Assembly: GCF_004010195.1 (NCBI RefSeq)
Contig: NC_057719.1
Span: 33,903,981 to 33,967,980, forward strand
Reading direction: 5' to 3'
Length of the DNA stretch: 64,000 nucleotides
Origin: Chiloscyllium plagiosum
Lineage: Eukaryota
Below are positions 1 through 11,607 of the stretch, one piece after another (position 1 is the stretch's first letter; each line of letters begins with the position of its first letter). The position numbers were made by a program, and so were the translations under genes. A model generated the notes under the pieces. The model did no database searches. It was not told the origin of the DNA and saw only the letters and a program-made list of their open reading frames with translations.

Positions 1-593
1 TCAATCCTACATGAGAATGAAAATATAGGCAGTCTTACTAGAAATTTGCAGGGTAGAATATGGAGATAACAGAATATGTATATGTATAATTCAGGGCTTT
101 TTAACGATGGTAACCATGTGCTTTTCTGTTTATTGAGTAGCATTTTATTTTCAACATTGTTCCATTTGTGTGTGAGATCATGTGAAATGCATGGAATATA
201 CAGAGCAGAAAAAAGTTGTTCAGTGCAACTTGACTGTTTTGTGATATACCACACCAGTCTCTTCTACCTGCTTCATCTTAGCCTTTCTGCTAAAAGGTAT
301 GCTTACACTAGAAAGGGTGCAGAGGGGATTTGCAAGGATATTGCCCAGACTCAAAAATGTTAGTGGATAGGGTATATTTTTGGCTGCAATAGAGGAGACT
401 GAGAACACAACTAATTGAACCTATAAAACTGAGGACTCCAGATAGAATAGATGGAAAAACTTCACCTTATCCTGTAACCAGGCAAATATTTATAAAATGA
501 GGAGGTTTTAAGGCAAATTGAGTTAATTTCTTTCATCAAAGGGTTACAGCACTTACTGCCTGAAGGTGTGGTAGACACAGATTGTTCACAGTG

Positions 594-810
594 GAAAGTG
601 AGGACTGCAGATGCTGGAGATCAGAGCTGAAAAATGTGTTGCTGGAAAGGCACAGCAGGTCAGGCAGCATCCAAGGAGCAGGAGAATCGATGTTTCGGGC
701 ATAAGCCCTTCTTCAGGACCTTAAGAAGGGCTTATGCCCGAAACGTCGATTCTCCTGCTCCTTGGATGCTGCCTGACCTGCTGTGCTTTTCCGGCAACAC
801 ATTTTTCAGC
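594..810. mobile_element. Palindromic Penelope-related mini-element, family A
   Basis: ~92-bp arms (625-716 vs 720-810) are reverse complements; flanked by imperfect direct repeat CACAGA(T/A)TGTTCA; hammerhead core at the centre. Confidence 0.85.
685..719 (-). ncRNA. Minimal hammerhead ribozyme motif (family A)
   Basis: Minus strand reads C-CUGAAGA-A-GGGC-UUAU-GCCC-GAAA-CAUC-GAUU: intact core, 4-bp helix II, AUC triplet. Confidence 0.65.
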
Positions 811-996
811 ACAGAATGTTCAGTGCCTAATATGTACTGAGACAGGCAGCTGAAGTGCTGTAACCTTTAAAACTACTGAGTGGTAGCTGGAAAGTGGGGA
901 TAGGCTGGATGGCTACCTATTGATCTACGCTGCCATGATGGTTGGAATGACCTCCTGCCATGCTGTAAATGGTTCCATGATTCAATGAATAAACAA

Positions 997-1310
997 TTAG
1001 ATTAGATTAGATTACTTACAGTGTGGAAACAGGCCCTTCAGCCCAACAAGTCCACACCGACCCGCCGAAGCGCAACCCACCCATACCCCCACATCTACCC
1101 CTTTAACCTAACACTACAGGCAATTTAGCATGGCCAATTCACCTGACCCACACATTTTTGCGACTGTGGGAGGAAACCGGAGCCCCCGGAGGAAACCCAT
1201 GCAGACACGGGGAGAATGTGCAAACTCCACACAGACAGTCGCCTGAGGCGGGAATTGAACCCGGGTCTCTGGCGCTGTGAGGCAGCAGTGCTAACCACTG
1301 CCCACGGCAG
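997..1310 (-). mobile_element. HE1-type tRNA-derived SINE
   Basis: Minus-strand tRNA-like head (CAGTGGTTAGCACTGCTGCCTCACAGCGCCAGAGACCCGGGTTCAATTCC), shared core, CR1-like 3' end and (CTAAT)n tail. Confidence 0.9.
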
Positions 1311-1769
1311 GTTCAATCAATTGAAAGAAACCATGAAGTAATTTTCACAACATGTCAAAGCTGCTCAGATGCATGAACAACTATCATTTTTTTACTGGAG
1401 GCTTAAACTTGCATTTATTTTTCATCCTTCTATCTCTTGTGCTTTTGTCTGGTCTTCAAAGTTATTTTTATTTAAGATAGCATGCTTTGTTGTTATGTCT
1501 AAAAGAGGTATTTGATTTCATGAATGATTTTAAATAGGATTTTACTTGAGTGAGGAAAATGTATTGAAGATGATTCTAAATATAACTATCCTGCAACATG
1601 AGGAAATGCATGAATAGATAATCTATTTAAAAACATTCCATTGATTCAGATTTGTTCTTTTCCTCTATCAGATTTCTGATAGTCTAGAATAGCAGTGAAT
1701 CATGAAAAAAATTCCTTAACCACAAAATAAGCCAAATTAAATGAATGAATTTTGGGTGGCGGGGGGGTC

Positions 1770-2830
1770 CACTAATTGTAACATCATTTTGGACATATTT
1801 TAAAAATTCTTCACCACCTAAGCCTTTCACATTTAGTCTATTCCATTTAATATCAGGGAAGTTGAAATCCTCTACTAATATTCCTCTGTTATTTTTACAC
1901 TTCCCTGAGAGTAGCCAACACCTCTGTCTTTCTATCGCTCGCCTGACTGTCTGAAAATCTGTGGTACACCCCGAGCACAGTGATTGCCCACCCTCCTTTT
2001 TTTTAAACTTTACCCATTTGGCATTATTTGAGGAATCTTCTAAGTTAGCATCTCTCCTTACTACAGGAATTGACCCTTTGAACAAAACTGTGTCAACACT
2101 TCCACTTTTACTCCTCTCCATTTTGCCTAAAGATTCTATACCCTGGAATATTGAGCCACCAGACTTGCCCCTCCCTCAATCATGTCTCTGTGATAGCAAT
2201 GATGTCATATCCTAAGTATAAATCAATACCCTCAATTTGTATGCCTTATTTGTAAGAAACCTTGCATTAAAATAAATGTGATGTGGAGGAGCCAATGTTG
2301 GACTGAGGTGGACCAAGTTAAAAATCCCACAACACCAAGTTTAGTCCAACAGGTTTATTTGGAAGTACAAGCTTTCAGAACGCTGCTCCTTCATCAGTTA
2401 CCTCGCTATCTACAAGGATGTTGGTCCTATTCTACTTCAGGTGCAAACCATCAGACTTGTACAAGTCCCACCTTCTCCAGAAACAAACCCAGTGATTGAG
2501 GAATCTAAAGCCCTCCTTCCTACACCAACTCCTAAGCCACACATTCATCTGTACTATCTGTCCATTCCTATATTCACTAGCCTATGGCACCAGGAGTAAT
2601 CCAGAGGTTTTAACCTTTGAGGTCCTATTTTTTAATCTGGTACTTAACTCCCTAAATTCTTGTTGCAGGACCTCATCGCTCTTTCTATCTATGTTGTTGG
2701 TCCTAATATGAACCATGTTGTGTGACTACTCACCCTTACCTTTCATGATGCTCTGCAGACATTCAGTGACATCCTTGACCCTATTCCCAGGGAGGCAACA
2801 AACCATCCTGGAATCATGTCTGAAGCCTCT
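1770..2830 (-). mobile_element. CR1-type LINE fragment: ORF1 esterase region plus ORF2 endonuclease region
   Basis: Minus strand ~2810-2500 gives RMVCCLPG..VKDV..VHIRTNN..NVWLRSWCRKEGFRFL (CR1 ORF1 SGNH esterase); ~1890-1840 gives ILVEDFNFPDIKW (APE endonuclease); contains stops. Confidence 0.85.
2278..2400 (-). mobile_element. Penelope-related mini-element, family B (single arm), inserted in CR1
   Basis: Matches 28170-28290; minus strand has CTGATGAAGGAGCAGCGTTCTGAAAGCTT, a decayed hammerhead. Confidence 0.75.
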
Positions 2831-2931
2831 CTCTAACCCTTACTGTTGAATCCCCTTGTGCTTGCTCTGGTGGCACTTCCCAGATGAACAGTCACAGATA
2901 AACTATTCTCAAGTGTGACACACACTGTGAC

Positions 2932-3358
2932 TTTTACCTCGTTAATTTTAACCCTACTGCGAATCCTCTTGCAAGGATGCCTGCCTTGAAGAAGTTAAGA
3001 AGTTTTCCTCCTCTCTCTACAAGAATCTCAGGGAGTCCCTCTCCCACTGCAACTCCCAGTTCATTTCCTCTGCCCTGAAGCTCTTCAACCATATCCTGAA
3101 GTCCACCTATCCACTCCACCCTCCTCCCTGACCTATCACCTTCATCCCCTCCCCCACTCACCTATTGTACTCAATGCCACTTTCTCCCCATCCCCACCCT
3201 CCTCTAGCTTATCTCTCCACGCTTCAGGCTCTCTGCCTTTATTACTGATGAAGGGCTTTTGCCCGAAACATCGATTTGTACTGCTCCTCGGATGCTGCCT
3301 GAACAGCTGTGCTCTTCCAGCACCACTAATCCAGAATCTGCAGTCATTGTTTTTACCT
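2932..3358 (+). mobile_element. Longer Penelope-related element (family A subtype) with pyrimidine-rich tract and hammerhead
   Basis: CTGATGAAGGGCTTTTGCCCGAAACATC at ~3245-3272; ends GCAGTCATTGTTTTTACCT, the same terminus as the 34115 and 60220 inserts; begins with TTTTACCT. Confidence 0.75.
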
Positions 3359-3469
3359 TCCTGACTATCTGTCTGCCTCCCTTTTTCTGACTGATGGACA
3401 AACACAATGATTTTCTTTTGTGCTTGGCATTATTCCAGCTAATGGGAAATTTCTGGATTAAATTAAATG

Positions 3470-3728
3470 CCCCACAGTGTGGAAACAGGCCCTTCAGCCC
3501 AAACCGACCCTCCAAAGAGCAACCCACCTAGTCATTTCCCTCTGACTAATGCATGGCCAATTCACCTAACATGCACATTTTTGGACTGTGGGAGGAAACC
3601 GGAGCACCAGGAGAAAACTCACACAGACACATGCAAACTCCACACAGACAGTCACCCAAGCCTGGAATCAAACCTGGGACCCTGGTGCTGTGAGGCAGCA
3701 GTGCTAACCATTGAGCCACCGTGCCACC
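3470..3728 (-). mobile_element. HE1-type SINE
   Basis: Minus-strand head GGTGGCACGGTGGCTCAATGGTTAGCACTGCTGCC; core and tail match 997-1310. Confidence 0.9.
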
Positions 3729-4179
3729 CTTCTTGGTGATTTCCTCCTGAATCAAAGTGCTCAGATAACTATATATTCTTCCTCAACCTCAGCAACAGCT
3801 CTGATCGAAAGTTCCCTGAGATGTTGGCAATTGATATAGATGTGATTACCTGGCATTGCAATATGCCCCACTAACTCGCAGACTGCAACTGTAGTACGTC
3901 ATTTGTACTGCCAACTTTATACTTTATTTTATTTACTTATTGAATTAGTTCATATATTTCATCAACTTGGCTTATGGTTCTTAGCCTCTTAATTAATTAT
4001 TTGATATCATTTAACTTACACATAGAGTGAATTATATGTCTACCTGTAACATGGCCTGTATAAGTGTTGGAGGCAAAAGCAACTCCTTCTAGCCCTTCTG
4101 CACTCAGTCCCCACTTGTACCAACTTCTAAAGTTGCACTGTTTTCTGCAACTACTCAGTGCTGACCACTCAGTTAAATG

Positions 4180-4425
4180 TTGACTCAATGACAAGGCATA
4201 CTCAACCCACCTCTGGAATTCACTAGATTTTGTCCATGATTGGATAAAGGTTGTAATGAGGTTTGGAGCTGAGTGGTTCTGACAGTACCTAAACTGAGCA
4301 TCAGTCAGCAGCTATTGGTGATTAAGTGCCCCTTGATAGCAATGCTGACAATGCCTTCCATCACTTCACTGATCATTGAGGGTAGGTTGATGGAGCAGTA
4401 ATTGGCCAGAATGGGGTTGTTCCTG
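4180..4425 (-). mobile_element. Old LINE (CR1/L2-type) fragment
   Basis: Shares sequence with ~48190-48350 (AAGGTTGTAATGA...AAACTGAGCAT). Confidence 0.5.
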
Positions 4426-5049
4426 TATTTAGAATTCATTTAAGACATTCAAGAACAAGAATGTGTTCTTTTGTTGTTCACAATGACTAGTCTGTTACCT
4501 CTTTGCTGTACATTATTATTGCTACCAGTGAAATCATCTATTATAAAACCTTACCAAGCTGAAAATGCTGCAATTTTTCCAGCACCTAAATAACCCACAC
4601 AACATCCTTTTCATCGAGTATAATTTCAGTGCTCTTGTAAAAAGCTAGCTGTCCAGAATTAGCAAGGTCAGGTATGTACTGCATATTAAGCAGTTGAACT
4701 GATCTATAATTCCAACCACATCAAAGACACAGGAAATTTAAGACAAAACAAATTTAGTATAGTATCCTTTGTAAGAGTGTTCATTTAATTCACACCCTGG
4801 TGACCTGGACTTGAGAAATATTTATCTGCAGTTTGCCATTACTTCCACCAATGAATAAGTAGGCTTTTGCTTTCATTTTCTTCTTTTCATGAACATAAAG
4901 AAACCAACCCAAACTAAGTAATTAAGATGTTGAACATGCAGTAATATTCATATCTCTCTTTATTGAATTATCCTTTTTAGTAACGTTCTTACTCAGGATC
5001 ATATTATTCGACCAAGGGAGCAGTTATGACTTTTGCTATGTATGCCTCA

Positions 5050-7200
5050 ATGAATAATGATGAGACTACTTGAGCTTTGCTGCTCCCATGAGCTAAATGC
5101 AACTAACACCTTCTTTCAGAATAAACTAAGCCATAAATGTCCCAGAGACATTCAAGATCAGGCACTGACATCCAATGGATCTGATTATCACCATACTAGA
5201 CTCTCCAAAAAGCATTCTCAATACATGCAACTTTCAAAGCTTTCATATCACCATTGGTCATGCTACCTTCCTATGCAATTCTGCAACTTAATTGACTAGA
5301 CAGTCTCCAACTCTCTCCCATATAGTGCAAAAATTTAGTGGAGCTATAATAATGCACTCTCAACATCTGGGAAGCAAGAGTGGAAGAGAGTTCTGTCATT
5401 GATGCAAAGCAGTGATTAAAAGAGAGAGCTGAATGAGAAAGTTCTGAGTGCATGTAGAGCTGTTCAAAGTAAAGTGCAACAAATTATTTGGCAGCGTGCC
5501 AATGACTACAGGTTGCAACTCTTTCAAAATATCCAGAAGTCTTTCTGCACAGGGTGTGTCGAGGGCACGTATGAAGGAATTAAAAAGGGCAATGGGCCCA
5601 TCAATAAGAAAAAGACTCATTAAAACAAAGGCTGAGGTATTCATCACTGAGTGCAATAAGTGATTGGAAAGATGAGTGGAACACTATCTTGAGTGTCTCT
5701 GGGAAAAATAGTGTTACCAAGGAAGCTCCAGACACCATAGAAAACCCACCTGTAAAGCCAAGATGGATACTGAACCCTCATTGGAGGAGTTTAGCAAAGC
5801 TATTGACTACTTACAAGTAGACAAGCTTCACAGAAAACTGGACCTAAACTCATCAAACATTGGAAACTGGCACTCTAACAGCATCTCTATCCGTCCTGGA
5901 GAGAGGATAGTGCCTCAGGATTTGCATGAAGCAAAGATTGTGACCCTATACAGAGGAACCTTGATTATCCGAAGGACACCGGCAGGGAGTATTTTATTTG
6001 GTTAATCAAATGCCGGATAATCGAATGCCTGATAACATAGTTAGCCAAGCATCAGGACCTTGCGATCTTGTTCAGGTAATGCGAAATTCAATTAATCGAA
6101 TACCGGATAATTGAGGTTACTCTGTATAAGAACAAGGGTGACCACAGCAGCCACAACAACAATCAAAGCATTTCTCCCTGAACTTCATGGGAGAAGTATT
6201 TGTCCATGTTGTACTAATGCATCTGTAAATCTTAGTTCAATGCAACTTTTCTGAATCCCAGTGCAGTTCCAGAATTGAAGGATCATCAGTTGACATAATC
6301 CTCTCAGTCTGGCAGCTGGAAGAGAAATGTCGTGAACAAAGGAGAGCATTATATACCGTCCTTATTGATTTCACTGAACTGTTCGACCATGTGAGCAAGG
6401 GCAAGTTATTTAAGCTGTTAATCACCGAAGCTGCTTACTATAATCTCCTCTTTCCATTACAGCATGATGGCTATGATAAGGCAACATCAGAAACCTATGA
6501 GATTGACAGTGAGTTGCCATACCACCATCTAACAGCACTGACAGCGTGACTCTAGTGGATGTTGATATGTTCACATACCTGAGCTCCATAATTACCAATA
6601 ATTTATCACTTGATGCTGAAATCCACACATTTCATAAAAGCTGCAGCTGTTCAGTATAAGCCAAATAAGAGAATGTGAAAAACAGCAACAAAACAGTGAG
6701 CATAAAATTGGGAGTGCAGCCCCCTGTATCCTCAGTGCACTCCAGTACATAGGTAAGATTTGGGCAACATATGCTAGACAGTAGGAAGAAATAAACACTT
6801 ACATCCCCTGACAGGATAAATTCACCAACAGGAAAGTTCCTAGAGTGTGCTCCAGCGCTCACTGCACTCATTGTTCAGCCAACACTGGCTAAATTGGCTC
6901 ACCCACATTTATCTGATGGATGAAAGCTGTGTATCTAAGTGAACTGGCCTCTGGGTCACAATCTCCTGCATATCCATACCACTGCTACAGGGCCACCAAC
7001 AAGTGAGATAAGAAAGTAAATAATGACATTGACAGTTAGGAGACAATCATTGATGGTCATTTTGCCTTGAAGCTGACTGTTTGGATGGAATTAGAAGAGG
7101 AGGATCAAAAAGCTCATCTGCCTGACAAAAGAGCCCACAGAGGTCAGCACCAGGCAATTGTGCACTTTCTCAGCCCACTGTCTTCCTCTGTAGTGAACGT
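5050..7200 (+). mobile_element. RTE-clade LINE fossil
   Basis: Translates to RLLELC..EL.ATNTFFQ.K..HK (endonuclease), VPQDLHEAKIVTLY/KNKGD, and ESQC..DIILSVWQLEEKCREQ..LY..LIDFT..FDHVS (RT); many stops and deletions. Confidence 0.85.
5951..6124. mobile_element. Tc1/mariner-pogo (Tigger-like) MITE, 174 bp
   Basis: 21-bp TIRs CAGAGGAACCTTGATTATCCG / CAGAGTAACCTCAATTATCCG; TA duplication at 5949-5950 and 6125-6126; removal restores the RTE frame TLYKNKGD. Confidence 0.9.
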
Positions 7201-7284
7201 GGCAGAAACTATCTCACCAGCATAAGGATCCTGAATACAGTGACATGAACATCAAGATGTAAGCCTTGCAAGGGGAAGACTGCT

Positions 7285-7485
7285 AGGAGAAAGTGAGGAC
7301 TCCAGATGCTGGAGATGAGAGTTGTAAGTGTGATGCTGGAAAAGCACAACAAATCAGGAAGCATCCATGGAGCAGGAGAATTGATGTTTCAGGCATCCTG
7401 ATGAAGAGCTAATGCCTGCAATGTTGATTCTCCTGCTCCTCAGATGCTGCCTGACCTGCTGTGCTTTTCAAGCACCACACTCTCG
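7285..7485. mobile_element. Palindromic Penelope-related mini-element, family A
   Basis: Inverted arms around CCTGATGAAG at ~7397; TSD AAGGGGAAGACT at 7270-7281 and 7486-7497. Confidence 0.85.
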
Positions 7486-8064
7486 AAGGGGAAGACTACC
7501 AATAGATCCATTCACACTTTAAAGGCAATTATCCATGGTGTGCATTTTCTGTAACTTTACTGTGTTTGAGTGGGATTTCTGTTCTTGTAGCGAAAGTTTG
7601 AACAGCTTGGAGATGCAGTGGCCGACACACGCCAGCAGTCAATGGCCAGCAAGTTTGGTATTGGGAAGCAAATGGCACCGGATAATCATGCGGGGGGTGG
7701 GGGTGGCTGATGTGAAATTGCCAAGACTTGTCATTGGGAAGGATGATCCACACTCAACCAGCTGAACCCCCAGCTTTCATCCCACCATCGGGAAGTTGTT
7801 ATATTGTCCCCTTCTCAATGAAGTGCCTTACCTGCCACATTTCCTGCTCCTGAGAGCTTCAATGCTTATTGCGCCACATGCACAACTAGATCTCAATCAG
7901 ATGCTGCTTCAAGTCTGAAACACTTATTTTAAACTGCTGATTGCTGGTTATTTCAACTGATTTATTGAATCTTTGCAGCTTTTTATTCTTTATATTATGT
8001 TATTAGCTCCCCAGCTCCCTTGTTTGCTCCACAGATTGTTTAGCTTGGTAATACTGCTCCTGAC

Positions 8065-8237
8065 AGAAACATAGGAGCAGGAGTAGGCCATTCTGCCTTT
8101 CAAGTCTGCTCTAGTATTCTAGCTCGTGACTGATCATATTCCTCAATGCCGTATTCCCACATTAACCCCAATTCCCTTGATGTCATTAATAACTGTAAAC
8201 CTATCAAACTCTATCTTAACCTTACTTAATGACTGAG
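8065..8237 (-). mobile_element. 3' end of an old CR1 LINE (continues at 11608)
   Basis: AGAAACATAGGAGCAGGAGTAGGCCATTC resembles the reverse-complement CR1 3' ends at 25650 and 50997. Confidence 0.75.
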
Positions 8238-8239
8238 TT

Positions 8240-8343
8240 AGGAGAAAGTGAGGTCTGCAGATGCTGGAGATCAGAGATGGAAATGTGTTGCTGGAAAAGC
8301 GCAGCAGGTCAGGCAGCATCTAGGGAACAGGAGAATCGACGTT
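8240..8343 (-). mobile_element. Penelope-related family A arm
   Basis: Near-identical to 594-693; stops at GAATCGACGTT, inside the hammerhead helix III/GAAA. Confidence 0.85.
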
Positions 8344-9067
8344 GGAGTGGGAGTCCAAAGACCTGCATATCCTGGGTGGAGTGGGAGTCCAAAGACCTGC
8401 ATATCCTGGGTGGAGTGGGAGTCCAAAGACCTGCATATCCTGGGTGGAGTGGGAGTCCAAAGACCTGCATATCCTGGGTGGAGTGGGAGTCCAAAGACCT
8501 GCATATCCTGGGTGGAGTGGGAGTCCAAAGACCTGCATATCCTGGGTGGAGTGGGAGTCCAAAGACCTGCATATCCTGGGTGGAGTGGGAGTCCAAAGAC
8601 CTGCATATCCTGGGTGGAGTGGGAGTCCAAAGACCTGCATATCCTGGGTGGAGTGGGAGTCCAAAGACCTGCATATCCTGGGTGGAGTGGGAGTCCAAAG
8701 ACCTGCATATCCTGGGTGGAGTGGGAGTCCAAAGACCTGCATATCCTGGGTGGAGTGGGAGTCCAAAGACCTGCATATCCTGGGTGGAGTGGGAGTCCAA
8801 AGACCTGCATATCCTGGGTGGAGTGGGAGTCCAAAGACCTGCATATCCTGGGTGGAGTGGGAGTCCAAAGACCTGCATATCCTGGGTGGAGTGGGAGTCC
8901 AAAGACCTGCATATCCTGGGTGGAGTGGGAGTCCAAAGACCTGCATATCCTGGGTGGAGTGGGAGTCCAAAGACCTGCATATCCTGGGTGGAGTGGGAGT
9001 CCAAAGACCTGGCATATCCTGGGTGGAGTGGGAGCCAAAGACCTGCATATCCTGGGTGGAGTGGGAG
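8343..9067. repeat. Minisatellite, 34-bp unit TGGAGTGGGAGTCCAAAGACCTGCATATCCTGGG, about 21 copies
   Basis: Units start at 8343, 8377 and so on; essentially identical except 1-bp indels in the last two units. Confidence 0.97.
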
Positions 9068-9149
9068 TGAGTTAGTACAGCCCTCTGTGCGTTACAATCT
9101 TAAGGTTTCTCAATTCACCAAATGGATCACTGGTCTGCCTCCGAATCAA

Positions 9150-11595
9150 TACCTCCTGGAGCTCAGACCCTGGCAAGTTATTGCTTCCCATGCATCTGAA
9201 TCTTTGTGAGTGAAATGCCATCACTGCTACCTGCCCTGTCAGTTCACCTCGACTGACAGCGGTTGACTTCCCACCCAGGCGGCAGTGAAGAGTGCACTTG
9301 ACGAAATACACAACACCACAAACAGGCTTGAGGTGGAATACCCTGAAGTCTTGATCATCTTAGCTGGTGACTTCAACCAGGCCTCCCTCAAGCCTGTGCC
9401 ATCGAAATACCATCAACACATCTCCTGTCCCATCCGAAGTCCGAACATCCTTAACCATTGCTACACAACCTTCAAAGATGCCTACGGCTCCATTCCCCTG
9501 TCTGCATTTTGGAAAATCAGATCATTGTGTCCCTCCTCTCAGTTTACAAGCAGAAACTGAAGCGTGAGGAACCAGTACATGTCGGTCCGAGGCAATGGAA
9601 GGGCTTCTACAGGACTGCTTAGAGTCAGTGAACTGGACCATATTCAAGAACTCAGTGCCAACCTAAATGAGTATGTCACTACCATTACAGACTTCATTAG
9701 TAAGTGCATAGAAGACTGCATGCCGAAGAGGTAATCCAAATTTTTCCCAACTGGAAAAAATGGATGAACCGGAAGATCCACTCCCTCCTGAAGTCCAGGT
9801 CTGAAGTGTTCAAAGTCAAGCAATCCTAACCTCCACAGGAACTCCAGATATGACTTTTGTAATGTCATCAGAGCAAAGAGACAATAGCAAACTAAGCTTG
9901 AGATCCAGAATAATTACATGGACACCTACTGTCTGTGACAAGGTTTACATGATATAACAGGCTATGAAGCGAAGTTGAACACAATCATGGATAATAGTAT
10001 ATCCCTACGCTGTGAGCTCAATGAATCTACACTTGCTTTGAACATGATGTCACCTGTCCCAACAGCCTCGGATGCACCCGTACACTCAGTCACTGCCACA
10101 GACATTAGATCAGCCTTCTCGAGAGTGAACTCACAGACAGTGACTGGCCCTGATGGAGTACCCAGCCGTGCATTCTGATCTTTTGCTGACCAGCTGGTGG
10201 GAGTATTCACTGACATCTTTAGCCTCTTCTTACTAGGAACTGAAGTCCCCACCTGTTTCAAGAAGACCACCATCATCCCGGTACCAAAGAAAAATCATGC
10301 AGCATGCCTCAATTAATACCACTCAGTGGCTCTGACCTCCATAATTATGAAGTGCTATAAGAAGTTAGTTTTAGCTCACATCAACGCCAGCCTTTCAAAT
10401 TGATTTGATTCCTTGCAATTCACCTCCCGGCACAATGGGTCCTCAACAGACACCATCTCCCTGGCCCTACACCCATCTCTTGAGCATCTCGATTACAAGG
10501 CTCCACTTTCAATGCCATAATTCCAAACAAACTTACCTCCAAACTCTGAGATCTAGGTCTCTGCTCCCCTCACTGCAACTGGATCCTTGACTTCCTGGCC
10601 CATAGACCGTAATTAGTAAGAATAGGCAACACACTTCCTCCACGATAGTCCTCAAAACCGGTACCATGCAAGCCTGTATACTCAGCCCTCTACTGCACTC
10701 CTTATACACTTCTAACTGTGTGGCCAAATTTCACCCCAACTCCATTTGCAAGTTTGCTGACGATGCCACCATTGTAAGTCGGACTTCAAACAACAGCGAG
10801 ACAGAGTACAGGAAGGAGGTTGAGTGCTTGGTAGCATTATGTAAAGACAACAATCCCTCTGTCAACATCAGCAAAAAGAAGGAGCTGGCCATTGACTTCA
10901 TGAAGCGAAGCGAAGTCTGTATCAAAGGTGCTGAGGTGGAGATGGTTGTGAGTGTCAAAATCTGAGAGTGATGATCACCAACAATCTGTCCTGGTCCACT
11001 CACATCAACACAGCGATCAAGAAAGCACAACAACGTCTCTAATTCCTCAGGAGGCTAAGGAAAGTGTGCATGTCACAAAAACTCTTACTAATTTGTATAG
11101 GTGCACCATACAAAACATCTTACCTGGATACATCACAGCATGATATAGCAACAGCTCTTCCCAAGACCACAAGAAACTACAGAGAGTTGTGAACATAGCC
11201 CAGTACATCACACAAACCAATCTTCCATCACTTGACTTCATTGATACTTCCCACTGTCTTGGGAAAGCAGTCAACATAATCACAGACCCCTCCCACCCCA
11301 GTTATACTCTCTTCCACCTTTTTCCATCAGACAGAAGATATAAAAGTTTGAATATATGTAGTAATAGATTCAAGAACAGCATCTGATTTTTGTGATCAGA
11401 TTTTTGAACAGACCTGTCAAATGTTCATGCTGATCTCTTTCTCTCTCTCTCTCCGTATCTTCTCTGCGGCTGTAACACTGTATTCTGCACTCTGTTCTGC
11501 TACCCTGATTCTCTTTGTATAGTATAATCTGCCTGTAGAGCGCGCAAAACAATATGTTTCTCTGTATCTCAGTACGTGACAACAATAAATCAAAA
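9150..11595 (+). mobile_element. Rex1/Babar-clade LINE, decayed
   Basis: YLP.QF(T/S)-like motif at ~9225, ILAGDFNQ (endonuclease), [41 protein letters not shown] (RT); 3'UTR ends ACAATAAATCAAAA. Confidence 0.85.
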
Positions 11596-11607
11596 TTTAA
11601 ACATCAA

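Larger units (their letters stand above)
280..985 (+). mobile_element. Old, degenerate CR1-type LINE 3' fragment, interrupted by the palindromic element at 594-810
   Basis: 305-350 translates to LERVQRGFARILPRL, the CR1 ORF2 C-terminal motif; 3'UTR-like sequence ends near 980. Confidence 0.6.

Noticed and set aside
594..810. Pre-miRNA or classical MITE
   Set aside because: Multi-copy with asymmetric arms, variable centres and variable long TSDs; better explained as an inverted PLE pLTR
8343..9067. CRISPR array
   Set aside because: Units are contiguous with no unique spacers, there are no cas genes, and the context is eukaryotic
8229..9209. Six overlapping 230-326 aa ORFs as real proteins
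   Set aside because: They arise from a stop-free 34-bp repeat; starts lie in repeats and no domain is recognisable
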